Below, piece by piece: positions 1 through 13,731 of a DNA stretch of 64,000 nucleotides (position 1 is its first letter; each line of letters begins with the position of its first letter). Origin of the DNA: Octopus bimaculoides. Taxonomy: Eukaryota. A program made the translations under genes and the position numbers. The stretch is taken from positions 147,426,537 through 147,490,536 of the forward strand of contig NC_068984.1 in the NCBI RefSeq assembly GCF_001194135.2, written 5' to 3'. The notes under the pieces were generated by a model, which saw only the letters and a program-made list of their open reading frames with translations, was not told the origin of the DNA and did not search any database.

Positions 1-387
1 AGGGTGTCCCAAAAAGATGTACTCACTTTTTGACTTCCCAGTACTCATGCATTTTGTGTTCAAGTAGATGTTTATTGATATACATACAATCCTAAAAAAT
101 TAAAATAAATTCAGGAAAATAAATTGTTGTAGAACCGATTATTTATTGTCATTTAGAATTATTTAATTTTCTATCTCATTCCTGCAAGTTCGCAAATGTT
201 CAAACTGCCTTCCTTCATTTTCCAAACAAAGCTAATAACGTCCAACAATGGATTCGACAACATTGCCAAACATTCATTTGGAATTGCAAGACATTGTATT
301 CGAATTTCATTTTTCAAATCATCAATTGCTACTGGTTTTGCAGCGTAAACCTTATCTTTGGGATATCCCCATAAAAAAATCCATATT
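1..387 (-). mobile_element. Tc1/mariner-superfamily transposon 3' end (transposase C-terminus plus terminal inverted repeat)
   Basis: Minus strand reads IFLWGYPKDKVYAAKPVAIDDLKNEI, matching the DFFLWGYLKxKVY motif of Tc1-like transposases; the window starts with (C)AGGGTGTCCCAAAAAG, a TIR-like end. Confidence 0.8.
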
Positions 388-700
388 CGCCAATCACTAC
401 GTCCGCCAATCACTACGTCCGCCAATCACTACGTCCACCAATCATTACTCATACTCACCGACAGTTACCCTGTGTCCAACGATTATTTCTCGCATTCACA
501 GATCGCTATTATACGCTCACCGATCACTATTTTATGATCACTGATTACTACGCCACATTCCCTAATCGATAATTTATCTTCACCGATCACTGTTAGAACA
601 ATGAAGTTCATCCATTACCAATTGATCTCTACTATACGTTCATCGATTACTCTTCTACGTGTACCGGCCACTACTCCGACCTCAATTGACCAACGATGAC
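388..700. repeat. 16-bp minisatellite (CGCCAATCACTACGTC)x3 decaying into a degenerate ~16-17 bp period
   Basis: Three exact copies at 388-435, followed by diverged TCACCGATCACT-like units. Confidence 0.75.
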
Positions 701-1574
701 CACCAAGATTACCTGTTTCACTAATCTACTGCCTCCTCCCACAACACAAATACAAACGCTGACTTTAACTCTCCCACACCGCCACAACCCTATTCTACCA
801 CTAAATACAGCACAACATCAACATTCCAGTCCGTCATCACCTCGCCGCCATCAGATCATTACCAAACCATAAACTCACTGCCACCAACACCACCACCACC
901 ACCACCACCACTATTATCACTACACCTTGTTACCACCACCTACACCATGATATCAACATACTACCCATCGTCACGACCACCACCATCACTAAAATGCCAA
1001 CCACACCCTGTCTTCGACACACACAAACCCGTGTGCGCCTCTAACCAACTTTCTATATCTGCAGTTTTTTAAGCGAGTGTGCACTAATAGAGGACAAAGC
1101 ACATACCGGCCCCCTTCTGTTGATATCTGTTAGCCGAGAAGGGTTTATATAAACTTTAGCAACTTAATAATAATAATAATAATAATAATTTTATGCAAAT
1201 AACTCTAATGTTTATCTGGCTCTCATTTTTTGAGTGCAAACCTACTTACTTTTCAATCTTCACTTACTTGTATTGTGTATACATATATCAACATATGCAC
1301 AAACGCACACACACATACATGTATAGATTATATGCATAGACACGCACATATATATGTATATACCACATGTACACGTACATGTATATACGTGTGAATTTCT
1401 ATACTTGCGTGCTGGTGCATATTAATATATGCATGAGCATGTATATATGGATACGTATGTATGAATGTATACGCACACATACACACATGTATATACATCT
1501 ATAAAATATATATATGTACATATTGTTGTCTATATAGGAATGCATGAAGATAGATAGATAGATAGATAGATATC

Positions 1575-1620
<46 letters not shown>

Positions 1621-2049
1621 AGTATTTACACACATACATACACACATATGTGTGGGTGGGTGAGCGATTTTGTTTTCCCCACATACCAAACCCGCATCAA
1701 GGAAATTTTGCTCCCCAGCAAGCCAAAAACTGAAGATATTCAGCTGCCCACTGATCAAATAATTGATTCTTTCTCCAGTCTTTCCACATCACACAATGTT
1801 GAAATCAAATACACTTCCTTCTCAAAAATTCGATTTACCAAACTCTAAGCAAGCATTATGATGGTTTGTCTATTTCTGGTTCTCTGAGAACCGATTCCGC
1901 TGGATTCTGAAAGTCAGTAATTACTGTTCATGCAATGTTCCTCCTACACCAACAGGTATATCTGAGAATGTAGGGCTACACATTTCATCCGCGAAGAGCA
2001 TAACTTTCTCGATATCTCATTTGTCAATTTGGAAACAGGTGGGGGGGGG

Positions 2050-2670
2050 GAGCTGACAGAATCGTAAGCAAGTCGGAGAAAAATGCTTAACGGCATTTCT
2101 GTGTTGAAATGCCGCCGAGGTTGTCTTAGCTTTTCAATCTTTCAGGGTCGATAAAATAAGTACCATATGGATATTGGAGTCGACTAGCCTTCTTCCCTTT
2201 CAGGTATTGAGCCTACAGCAAAAAGGGAAAAAAATTAGGTTGAAAGGGAAAACGGTGAACGGGCAGAAGCATTAGCACGCCGGATAAACATGTTTAGCAG
2301 CATTTTTTCCAGATTTTTTTTTACCTCTTGAGTTCAAGTTCTCCCAGGTCGACTTTGTATCGATAACATAAGTAGCAGTTGAGCACTTGAGTTGATGTAA
2401 TTGACTGGCCCACTGCCCAAAACATTTCAAATTTTCTGCCTACAGTAGATAGATATTTAAGCTCAAGGCTTAATAGTTTTGAGACGCAGTGGAGATTGAT
2501 TGATATCATTGATCCAGTTCTTGATTGTTACTTTATTTTATCTACCCCGAAAGAATAAAGGACAAAGTTAACTTTGGCGCGATTCGAACCCAGGATGTAA
2601 AGAGCCGGAACGAATACTGCTAAGTTTTTTCTTTCTTTCCCCGACGCTCGAACGCTTTTGCCATAACTAC
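2050..2670. mobile_element. Cluster of tRNA-derived SINE family A copies (two +, one -)
   Basis: Degenerate matches to the repeated unit GGCGGCGAGCTGGCAGAATCGTTAG...GAGTTCAAAT...GAGGTCGACTTTGCCTTTCATCCTTTCGGGGTCGATAAA found many times in the window. Confidence 0.75.
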
Positions 2671-3008
2671 CGAAATATTTTCTTTCTCTCATAAACTATA
2701 TTTCCTTTCCTTCCCTTATAAATCCTTTTTCGTTCTCTTATTAATTTCCTTTTTATTCTCCTATAAGCCAAAAGTACCCTATTTTTCTTTCCTTTCAATT
2801 TCCTTTGACTGCCTCCTATAAATTTCATTTGGTCTCTTAATTTCCGTTTCCGTTCCCTATATCTATATTTTTAAAATTTTACTTTATTTTCCTATACATT
2901 CTATTTCTCTCCACTTTGAATTCATATTTTCCTGCTCTAAATTATGATGCCTTTTAAACATATTTTTAAAATTTACATTATATATATATATATGAGAGAG
3001 AGAGAGTA

Positions 3009-3080
<72 letters not shown>

Positions 3081-3151
3081 TAAGTGATAGGTTTGCCTCG
3101 ATCCTTCAGGGGTAGTCTGTTGCTCCATTCTCCACATATATATATATATAT

Positions 3152-4380
3152 CCATCCCTGTCCATGAAGGAGGGAGCCGCGCAGATGCTAAAGAATACAG
3201 GCCCATCTCACTGACCTCACATGTTAGCAAGACAATGGAAAGCGTTCTCAGAAAAAGGCTGATCACGTTCCAAGAAAAAAAAAAACCTCACAAACACGTA
3301 ACATGGCTTCTGTCCAGTGAGGAGCTGCCTCACACAGCTGCTGCAGCACTTTGACTGGGTACTGAAACTTTGACTGGCACTTTGACTGGGTACAGCCAAA
3401 CCAGTCAGCTGAAGACGTAATATATCTCGACTTTGCCAAGGCCTTCGACAAGGTTGATTATGGCATGATATGTCACAAGCTGCGAAACCTTGGTATTACT
3501 GGGAAGCTGGGAGAGTGGCTGCATGATTTTCTGAAGGGTAAGACGCTCACTCTGAAGAGACACCAATTCTCAGCGGAGCGCCACTACTATTTGTGGTGGC
3601 CCTCTCAGACATTCCCTCCGTGATACAGTCAGCAAATCTGACCAATTATGCTGACGACACAAAAGTATCGCAGGCAGTTAGGAACCCAGAGGACATCATA
3701 AAACTGCAGAAAGACCTGAATGAAATATATAAAAGGATTAATAAAAAATAACATGCAGTTCAATGCTATGAAATTTCGGGCATTCCACTATCGGTCCCAC
3801 ACCAAGCTAAAATCGGAATACACTGGTCCAGAAGGTAATACGATCCCAGAGTCAGAGTGGATGCGAGACCTGGAGGTTCACATGAATAATGATGCAACAT
3901 TCCATGTGCATATTACCAAGACAGAAACACTGTGCAAGCGAGTGGCTGGATGGATTCTAAGGACATTCAGAACCAGGAAAAGGGAAGCCTTGCTATTCTA
4001 AGGAGGACTTTCGTCCTCAGGTGCTTAGACTACTGCTCCCAACTTTGGTCCCCTAAGAGTGTGAAATAAACTGTGGAACTCGAAGCAACCCATCGCCAAT
4101 ACACAAAGAAGATTGACTCGATGCAAAAGATGGGTTACTGGGAGAGGCTAAAGAAGCCGAGTCTCTATTCCCTGGAGAGAAGACGAGAGAGATATGCAGT
4201 GATATATATATTTGGAAGATCTTCGAGGGTTTAGCTCCCAATTTTGGAATTGACAGTTATACCAATCCTCGAACTGGACGGTACTGCATCATACCAAAGA
4301 TCCCGCCTTCTCCATCTAAAATAAGGACACGTTACTGCAATAGCCTGGGTTTCAAGGGCCTGCAATTGTTCACCATCCTA
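3152..4380 (+). mobile_element. CR1/L2-group LINE, 5'-truncated reverse transcriptase pseudogene
   Basis: Reads AKEYRPISLTSHVSKTME, HGFCPVRSCLTQLL, VIYLDFAKAFDKVD, NYADDTK and LDYCSQLWSP, with stops and frameshifts. Confidence 0.92.
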
Positions 4381-4969
4381 GTCAGTCAGTCAGACGATGA
4401 AAATTCCAACAATTACTGAAACTAATTTACAGCTGAGTGAATTACAACATGAAATGAAATATTTTGCTCAAAAATACAACGCCTCCGCCCATTCCAGGTA
4501 TTGAAACTACGATCTTACAATAACCAGCAGATCACGTGCCTTCACTTCATAGATTCAAGATGGATCAAATACAGAGACAACTTCGATTTTCCGGAATCTT
4601 TGATACCAAGGATAGGGATGGTCACCATACGCCAAATTAAATATTAAATTTACTTAAATAATTCAATGAAATACAGGCACCTGTGCATTAGCGTCAATTA
4701 ATGCGGATTATAAGAGGATTCGGGGCCCCTCAGTGTCCGGAAGGTCGGTGTTGTACGTATGTGTACCTTATCATCTCCGACTGATGAGTGGAAACTCACA
4801 ACGGAGTGAGCGAGCAGCAGGAGTAATCTTCAAAGGTAGAACTCCCGTCCAGCAAATTTTCGGTCTGGGTCATGACTCCCAGGTGTCTTTCTGCTGTTCT
4901 TGAAATGCCTCCCTTTTTGGGGAACTGACCTCCTCAGAACATTCCAGTGGTCTTCTTTCCCTCAAATGT

Positions 4970-5004
<35 letters not shown>

Positions 5005-5744
5005 CTCTCGGTCACAAAGCCCACTACAAGAACTGTATATCTGTTTCTACCTGTATTTCAACTCGGAAGGTAATGAGCCGTACTTCAATCAAACAAATGA
5101 TATTATCGGCTGCTCTGCATAGAATATAATGTAATCAACACCGCAACATTGTCTTACTTGATAACAGACACCTATTTCTTTAGAATTCGCCCATCGCAGA
5201 CAAAATCGTTGGAAAATATTTGCCGAGGAAAAAAATTGTAAAAATATCAATGTTTATTCTTGATATACTTCTACATCTTTTTTTCTTTCTTTTTTTGCCA
5301 ATGTGATCTTCTCAAAAGGTAAAGAGTTGAAAACACTCCATTACCATGGAGCTGCAGGGGGAAGGGCGGCGGAGAAGGGCGATTTCACTAACACATTACG
5401 ACTAAAGTAAATAAATTTATCATAACGAAAATATTTAAGATAGAAACCTGTGTGTATGGGTGTATATGTATACATGTACTTATATATTTTTGTGTGTATC
5501 TGTATGTATGTGTGTGCACGCGCAGCAATATATACATATGTACACACATATGTATATGTATACATGCACACACATACACGTATATGTGTGTATATATATA
5601 TGTATTTATATATATATATACACAAACATGCACGTGTTTACATATATGTGCATATGTGTTTATATACATACATGTTTGTTTATATAATGCATACGTGTAT
5701 GCTTGTGTGTATGTAGGTTGCTAAGTGTATTTCCTTCAACATGT

Positions 5745-6670
5745 ATCACTAAAAGACAGCCGTGCTCAAGTTTCGCCATATTTTCATTACGGATCCTTCC
5801 GTTCCTATTTCCTTATTAGTCCTTTATATTTCGTTCAAGACAAAAAGTTGATACAATCATGGAGGTTCCTAGTCTTTAGAATTTTAACTTCTGGTTGGAA
5901 TAGTGTTGCTGTTTCTCTCGATGACCATAAGTACACTCACACACACGCACACACACACGCGCGCACTCGTTACCTTTAGATCTTGTTATAAAAATGTAGT
6001 ATTTAATTTTGGTTTACAAGTCCAATGTTTTATATAAACTATTACAGCGATTATGATTATAAACAATTGTTTATTAATATATGTATTCTTTAAGGCGGCG
6101 AGCTGGCAGAAACTTTAGCACGCTGGGCGAAGTGCTTTGCGATATTTCGTTTGTCTTTACGTTCTGAGTTCAAATTCCGCCGAGGTCGACTTTGCCGTTC
6201 ATTCTTTCGGGGTCGATAAATTAAGTACCAGTTGCGTACATGACGGTACATGCTTTTTCTTGTCTCTCCCAAACAACAATATCCAGCCTGTTATGCTTAT
6301 GTTTTGATGGGAATGTTCCTCCAGTATTCCTTGTGCTGGTATTTGAGAGAGAGATTCTCTATATTTATTCCAGAACGGTTTTTTTGCATATTGTTTTTGC
6401 GACAGAGTAGTCACATAGGGAGGTAGTGATGACATTTTGGGGCAGTTGCTAATCACCATGTGTGATATCTTCAACAGAAATATCAAATCTACATTTTCGG
6501 TTGCAGGTTTTTTGACAGACACTGCATAGAAACTGGTCATCCAGAAGGAAATTCGAATAGTTCATATTTGCTTTGCCTACATGTGTCAGGTCGTTCCTGA
6601 GTGCTCCTGGTAACATATAACCCAGTACAAAATGTTGCATGGTCGATTAAAGCGGCAACCATGCTTGATT
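5745..6670 (-). mobile_element. R4/Dong-like (restriction-like endonuclease) non-LTR retrotransposon relic, split by a SINE
   Basis: Minus frames give LCSVCQK / TENVD / ISNCPKM (degenerate CCHC region) and PEVKILKTRNLHDC..KYGE (PD..D-type endonuclease region). Confidence 0.6.
6090..6240 (+). mobile_element. tRNA-derived SINE family A
   Basis: Well-preserved head TAAGGCGGCGAGCTGGCAGAA with A-box-like and B-box-like (GAGTTCAAATTCC) motifs. Confidence 0.9.
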
Positions 6671-6984
6671 GGCGATAAGAGTGATATTTCGACACACTGC
6701 AGGATTTAGTCGAGAGACTCAACAGCTACCTAAATGTGTGTATGTATGTGTGCGTGTGTATTCTGTGTATGTGCGTGTGCGTGTGTGTGTGTGTGTGGCT
6801 GTGGGTGGCTGTCGTTAGATATAGATTTTAGCCTTTCGACGTTTTTCACTTCTAATAATTCTGCTAAAAATTCTCTTTTGTGTTTGTTATTATGTGTGTG
6901 TGTGTGTGTGCGTGTGTGTGTGTGTGCGTGTGCGTATGTGTGTGTGTGCGTGTGTGTGTGCGTGTGTGTGTGCGTGTGCGTGTG

Positions 6985-7016
<32 letters not shown>

Positions 7017-7099
7017 TATGCATGTACATTGTTCATATCATAAGAAATCGAAGCACTACGAACTTCGTTCGTTGATACTTTCGACTCATGAATTCTGTA

Positions 7100-7500
7100 G
7101 AGTCAATTAAAACGCCCCTCCTTTTAACACTTTTGTCTTTTTGATTTCAAACTGTCCAAGTGGAATATCGCAACACAATATTTATATGCTGTCAGTTCCC
7201 CTTACAATGTTTTTTTAGCACATTAAACAATGCCTGAAAGTCTGAAATAAACTAAAAGTGTTCCAGATATCCATGCAGTGAAATCCCCTCGTGCCCGGGT
7301 AAGACCACTTCTGATACCCAGTAAGTCGGTGGAAACGTTCCAAGAATCGAGAAGGTTTTTGTGCGAGAATTTGTTTTGAGTTGATGAATTGTTGCCCAGC
7401 ACTGAACCGATTTTCCAACTCAATCTGCTGCAAGCACCAGAGGCAAATCAGAAGTTGAGACGACCAAAAACCAATTGTACTTCAGACCTTTTTTTTTCAT
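7100..7500 (-). mobile_element. mariner transposase relic
   Basis: FLERFHRLTGYQKWSY resembles FLDRIVTGDEKW; WISGTLLVYF resembles WDxxGVLLxDF. Confidence 0.6.
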
Positions 7501-7708
7501 AAGGAAGTTCTGACAAGAAGTAGAGGACATTCGCTCTCAATTATTCACATGCTAATTAATCCATAAAGCGGACCCTAACAGAACTACTACCCCGGGTCTG
7601 AGTAGATCTAGGAACAACAGTGGTTAAGAGGTGGTTTCACACTGCTCAAAACTCTGGAACTCCCCTATCAGGGCCCCAGAACTGGATACAGTTTAAAGTC
7701 ACATCCGG

Positions 7709-7739
<31 letters not shown>

Positions 7740-8633
7740 CTTTATTTAAAAGCAGCAGACAAAATGGGACAAGAACGCAAAACATCCGGACAGTTAGATG
7801 ATACAATATATATATATATATATATATATANNNNNNNNNNNNNNNNNNNNNNNNNNNNNNNNNNNNNNNNNNNNNNNNNNNNNNNNNNNNNNNNNNNNNN
7901 NNNNNNNNNNNNNNNNNNNNNNNNNNNNNNNNNNNNNNNNNNNNNNNNNNNNNNNNNNNNNNNNNNNNNNNNNNNNNNNNNNNNNNNNNNNNNNNNNNNN
8001 NNNNNNNNNNNNNNNNNNNNNNNNNNNNNNNNNNNNNNNNNNNNNNNNNNNNNNNNNNNNNNNNNNNNNNNNNNNNNNNNNNNNNNNNNNNNNNNNNGGG
8101 ATTTTTACTTGTTTCACTCATTGGAGTGCAGCAATGCTCGGGCACCGCCTTGAAAGATTTTAGTCGAACAAATCAACCCCAATATTTATGGGGGAGGATG
8201 TTGTTGGTTTTTTTGTAATTTAAATTCTGGTGCTTATTGTATCGGATCCTTTTGCAGAACTGCTAAGTTAAGGCGAAGTAAACAAACCAGCACAAGTTGT
8301 CAAGTAGCTAGGTTGAGAAAACATAAACACAAAGACACATATACAGTATATACGTATGTTTGTATACACACACATATTATATATGCACATATATGCATGT
8401 ATATATACATACATACGTGTGTATGTGTGTGTATTAAAAAGCATTTTTCTCTTTAATGTTAATGTCCTTTCAAGCAAATGACAATGCTGTTACGAAATAT
8501 CTTATCAGGTGTGATAAAATCGGATTCCATTGTGCTAATCACTGAGAAGCTTTTTTCAACTGAACTTTTTTCACAATTCTTGCTTTGCATTCATTGGATT
8601 TTTCTTACCTGATCACTTTCTTATTTATTACAA

Positions 8634-9580
8634 GCAGTGGATGTGTGGTAAGTAGCTTGCTTACCAACCAAATGGTTCCGAGTTCAGTCCCAGTGTATAG
8701 CACCTTGGGCAAGTGTCTTCTACTAATGCCTCGGGCCGACCAAAGCCTTGTGAGTGGATTTGGTAGACGGAAACTTAAAGAAGCCCGTCATATATATATA
8801 TATATATATATGTATATANNNNNNNNNNNNNNNNNNNNNNNNNNNNNNNNNNNNNNNNNNNNNNNNNNNNNNNNNNNNNNNNNNNNNNNNNNNNNNNNNN
8901 NNNNNNNNNNNNNNNNNNNNNNNNNNNNNNNNNNNNNNNNNNNNNNNNNNNNNNTATATAATTAAGTGGAGAATGGAGAAACAAACACAAGAAGAAGCAA
9001 GTCAATTGGGCTAGTTAGCCATTGATTTAATTATGTGGAGATTATATAATCATTATATAATCTCCACATAATTAAATCACTGGCTAACTAGCCCAATTGA
9101 CTTGCTTCTTCTTGTGTTTGTTTCTCCATTCTCCACTTAATTATAATTATAAACTGCGGTTTAAACAATAAATTACCTGCCTCTGGATACCTTCTAACAA
9201 AGACGGTACCCACACAAGTAATCTCCAGGAGTGCCTTCGGATTTAACTATCCCTGGTTGCTTAGATACTTCAGACTACTCCTGAAATATTTAAGCAATCC
9301 TATCATATACCTATATATATATATATATGTTTGTGTGTTTGTGTGAAGTTGTATATATATATATATATATATTTGTGTGTTCGTGTGTCCCTCAACATCG
9401 CTTGACAGCCGATGCTGGTGTGTTTACGTTCCCGTAACATAGCGGTTCAGCAAAATAGACCGATAGAATAAATATTAGACTTACAAAAAATAAGTCCTAG
9501 GGACGATTTGCTCGACTAAAGGCAGTGCTCCAGCACGGCCGCAGTCAAACGACTGAAACAAGTAAAATAATAAAAGAATA
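8634..9580 (+). mobile_element. Bipartite tRNA/CORE-like SINE family C (head 8634-8790, internal (TA)n plus insertion, tail 9372-9580)
   Basis: Head has GGTTCCGAGTTCAGTCCC and CACCTTGGGCAAGTG (CORE-like); tail CATCGCTTGACA...GGTGCTCCAGCA.GGCCGCAGTC recurs after microsatellites elsewhere. Confidence 0.8.
8957..9145. repeat. 189-bp near-perfect palindrome (94-bp arms, 1 mismatch, 1-nt loop at 9051)
   Basis: Direct reading: TATAATTAAGTGGAGAATGG...ATTATATAAT-C-ATTATATAAT...CCATTCTCCACTTAATTATA. Confidence 0.95.
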
Positions 9581-9949
9581 ACATATCAAAATGTCTCTGT
9601 TACTTAAATTTCTTTGCGTCATCTTGATACGCGTATACTGAGATGTCCGGCTGTTCAAGCAACAATTTGACACGACCTTTGCACGCAGGGATAAACCTAA
9701 TTTATTTATTTTACACAAAGGATAGATACTCTAATATCTGAGTCACAAGTGAAGGACAACATATTGTGGCGTTTCACCGTTTGATCCTAGCTTTCACACA
9801 GGTACTGGACTTTGTATTCAGCAGTTATTCGAAAAATTATTGGAATAAATGATTAGAGAAATAACTTGGATAATTTAAAGCATTCAAAGTCGGATCGTCA
9901 GATTTTTCTTTTCAGTCCCACAACGCACATAAATAATTACTAAAGCAAC

Positions 9950-10975
9950 AATCAGGCGGACTTGTTAGCGCGTCGGCACAAAATGCTTAGCGGCACAAAA
10001 TGCTTAGCGGCACTTTTTCCGCTTTACGTTCGGAATTCAAATGCCGCCGCCATCGACTTTTGCTTTTCATCTTTTCGGGGGGCGAGGGAATAAAATAAGT
10101 ACCCTTGGGTCGACGCAACTCACTAGCTTCCTTCCCTAAAAGTTTAGACCGTGCACCTATAGTAGAAAGGATTATTATTAACAATTATTTCAAATTCTGG
10201 CACAAGGCCAGCAATTTTGATAACATTGATACGAGTACTTTGCTGGTACTTTAGTTTCACCCTCTGAAAGAATAAGGTACAAAGTCGACCTCAAAAGATT
10301 CTAGACTCAGAAGAAAAAGAACCGGAAGAAATAACGCTAAGCAGTTTATCCGGTCTGTTAACGACTCTGCCAGCTCTCCGTCTTGTTTTTGTAAATAATA
10401 ATCTTCCTTTTTATTTTGGCACAAGGCCAGCAATTTTTTTGGGGGGAGGGGATTAGTTGATTACATGACTTCCAGTATTCACCTGGTACTTATTTTATTG
10501 GCCCCGAAAGGATGAAAGGCAAAGTCAACCTCGGCTGAATTGAAACCAGAACGTGAAGACGGACGAAATGCCGCTAAGCATTTTGTCCGGCATGCTAATA
10601 ATTCTGCCACCTCGCCACCTTATTCTTTTCTACTCTAGGCACAAGGCCCGAAATTTTGGGGGAGGGGGCCAGTCGATTAGATCGACCACAGTATGTAACT
10701 GGTACTTAATTAATCGACCTCGAAAGGAAAAGCAAAGTCGACATCGCCGGAATTTGAACTCAGAACATAAAGACTGACGAAATACCGCTAAGCATTTCGC
10801 CCTGGGGTGCTAACGTTTCTTATTTCTTTATTGCCCACAAGGGGCTAAACATAGAGGGGACAAACACGGACAGACAAAGGGATTAAGTCGATTACATCGA
10901 CCTCATTGCGTAACTGGTACTTAATTTATCGACCCCGAAAGGATGAAAGGCAAAGTCGACCTCGGCTCACCGCCT
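9950..10975. mobile_element. SINE family A cluster: one + copy then four head-to-tail - copies
   Basis: Repeated GGCACAAGGCC...GTACTT.....ATCGACC.CGAAAGGA...AAAGTCGAC units at ~10195, 10425, 10635 and ~10880. Confidence 0.85.
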
Positions 10976-13055
10976 TTTTCTGTATTAGATAAACTTGCTT
11001 TCGAGAACGTTTCCATTGTCTCGCCCAACCCGTTCACTTGCGAGATGCCTGTCCAGGCGAGCGTTCGTGAAAGTCGTCTTTGGGTATCGTAAGCATTGAT
11101 GGCACTAAAACGAAAGTCTTCCCAATGTTGTTGTGGAATGTTTTTCTTTTTTTTTGTTTTTTTTTTTTTTACTCTGTCAGTTGAAAACTAAGTGTATAAC
11201 ATCAACATCTTGTAAATGTTTTATAGAGAGATACAGACAAAAAATGGCATTAAATATTTGGTGGGGTGGGGAGACCTAATAAACATTTTTTTAATTTCTA
11301 AATGTACCATAATGTCTTGAAACTATCAAAATTCTATTTTCAACCACACGGAATAGATTATTCTGGAATAAATGGCGCAGTACTTAACTTTTTGAGCAGA
11401 TGAAAGAGTGTGCACTTTGAGATTGAACCAAGATAGACAATCATTAGTGAAGGCTCATTAGCCATTCCTTGTATCGGATTTATTATTGGTTGGTGTCAGT
11501 TAGGGAAACGGTGTTAATCATCTCTGTCAATATATACTAAGCTTTTGGAACCATTTCTTTTATTTTATACTAACTTGTATATTTCTTTCTTTTTTTTTTT
11601 TTTTTTGCACCTACTTTATCATGTTTTATCTTCTTAATAGATCTAACAGACAATCAAACCGAACGATAAAATTTCATTGGTTTCAGTTTATTTTTAGTTG
11701 CATGTTTTTGGGGTTTTGTGCGTGTGTGTGTGTGTTTCGGTATAGGTTTAAGAGTGTAGATAATAGGTAGGCTGACAGACAGATATACATACATGTATGT
11801 ATCGGTTTGTTACACTGAAATCTGGCTTTGAATTAAAAAAAAGCACCAACACCAATTTATGCGCCGACAACTACCATTTCTGCTCCTAATGATGTCTGCA
11901 GGTTTTGCTTTTGCTGCTATTACGGCAAAAACCATAAAAATTTTAGGGGTTTTTTTCTTTTTACAAGATAAACCGGTGTTTTGCAGACGTGAAATAATGA
12001 AATTGGGATTTCTACTTGAAATGGGAACTATATCAATAGGGGTCAAAGGGCATCGACCGTTCTACAATACAGATCGCTTCTGCTGGGTGAAGAAATAAGC
12101 ATTTTATTTTAAAAGGGGGGGCATGAGGTTCTCATAGTAGCTCAGTTGGAGGAGCAGAGGACTGTGGCCATGATAGATAACGTCTTTATTCTAAGGTCGA
12201 TGGACCGAATCCATCTGATGCAGTTCAATTTTGTCTTTAGACGCTGGTTGTCAAGCTTGCTTTACAACCGCTCCGTTTCAGGTTCAGTGCCAATGTGCGA
12301 CATTTGAGCAAATGTCTTTGATGTCCCTGGGCCGACCAATGCATTAAGAGTGTAGAAGCTCCATTGTGTATATATATGTCTGTTTGTGTATATATATACA
12401 CCCACTCGACAGCTGGTGTTGATTTGTTTACATCCCCGTAACTTAGCTATTCGGCCGATAGAAAAGAAACCGATACAATAATTACCAGTCTTAGAATAAG
12501 TACTGGAGTTGATTTGTTCGACTAAACCCAACAAAGTGGTACCCCAGCATGGCCGCAATCCAATGACTGAAAGAAGTAAAAATAAATTGTGTGTTTATAA
12601 GGAATGAAAATATGATTCTTTGTTGCAGTTCTCTGCTGTCCCTTATAAAAACCCTGACATTTTAACAATTCGTAGAGGCATCTAACAACGCCGCCAATCT
12701 AACTGATATCGACGCAAAAATAGCCGACAACTAAAGAAATCATCAAGTCGTAATGAGACTGCTCTGTCGAGAAACTTTATAAAGATCAACCAGCGTAAGA
12801 GCACCTACGTATTATTCGACAGGAAAGGGAAAGCAGGATGTAAATAAACTAACACCGATTGTCAAGGGATTGGTGAGGACCAACAATCACAAACTTTCAT
12901 ATTCTGTACATATGTTGAAAGAAATTTCAAAGCAAACTCAATAATCAAATGAATTGAAACAGAAAATAAAAGATGAAAATTAAACAAAGAACCTTAAAAG
13001 GGTACAGAAATACTTTTATTTAACAAAAAAAAAGAATGTTTTTAATTACATTCTT

Positions 13056-13094
<39 letters not shown>

Positions 13095-13731
13095 CTTACA
13101 TAGATACAAGTTGTATAACTCTTATTTTTGAAATAGGAAAATAGGATATTGTTTTTCATGTCATACTCAAAAAATTTTGAGTGAGAGATGAAAACTTTTT
13201 TTTTTTAAGTTCAAGAATTTAGATTTGTTGGGGAATGTTTCTTGTGGCTGCTGTTAACGCTCTTCGCGTTTCGCTCAGAACGGATTTGCTGCTAAAGCTT
13301 ACCTTTGAACAGTCAATATGCTATTGTTGTTGATGATGATGATGAAGTTTTATGTTGAATTGATAATGTGGATAATGTTGAATGTAATAATCTTGGTTCT
13401 ATGGAGGTGAAAGAACATGCGTATGCGTGCGAGTGCGCATAACAAGTTCTATATAAAAATAAACAATTCCTCCTTTACGAGATTAGCAAAAGTGATGGCG
13501 AAATTTCAGCAGGTCAGCCTTCGTCGTACATAAAATGTATTAAAATTATTACACTTAACAAATATTAACGTTCGAGTAAAGTGAAGTAAATTTGTTATCT
13601 CGTGTTTCTTTACCGAATTTCACATTAAATTTCCAATAGTTATCTTTATGAATGAATGTGTGTGAGCGTGCGTGGCTCGCTTGTATATATACGTGAGTGC
13701 TTGTATGTGTTTGAGTATTTTCAAATTCTTG

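Noticed and set aside
1660-1848. Protein-like stretch YQTRIKEILLPSKPK
   Set aside because: It may be a LINE ORF1 remnant, but it is too short and unsupported to call.
4780-4800. CTGATGAGTGGAAAC as a hammerhead core
   Set aside because: Only 3 nt lie between the cores, so helix II cannot form, and there is no supporting helix I or III.
11810-12098. Overlapping ~78-aa ORFs with a hydrophobic stretch
   Set aside because: They have non-ATG or weak starts, no splice signals and no recognisable domain.
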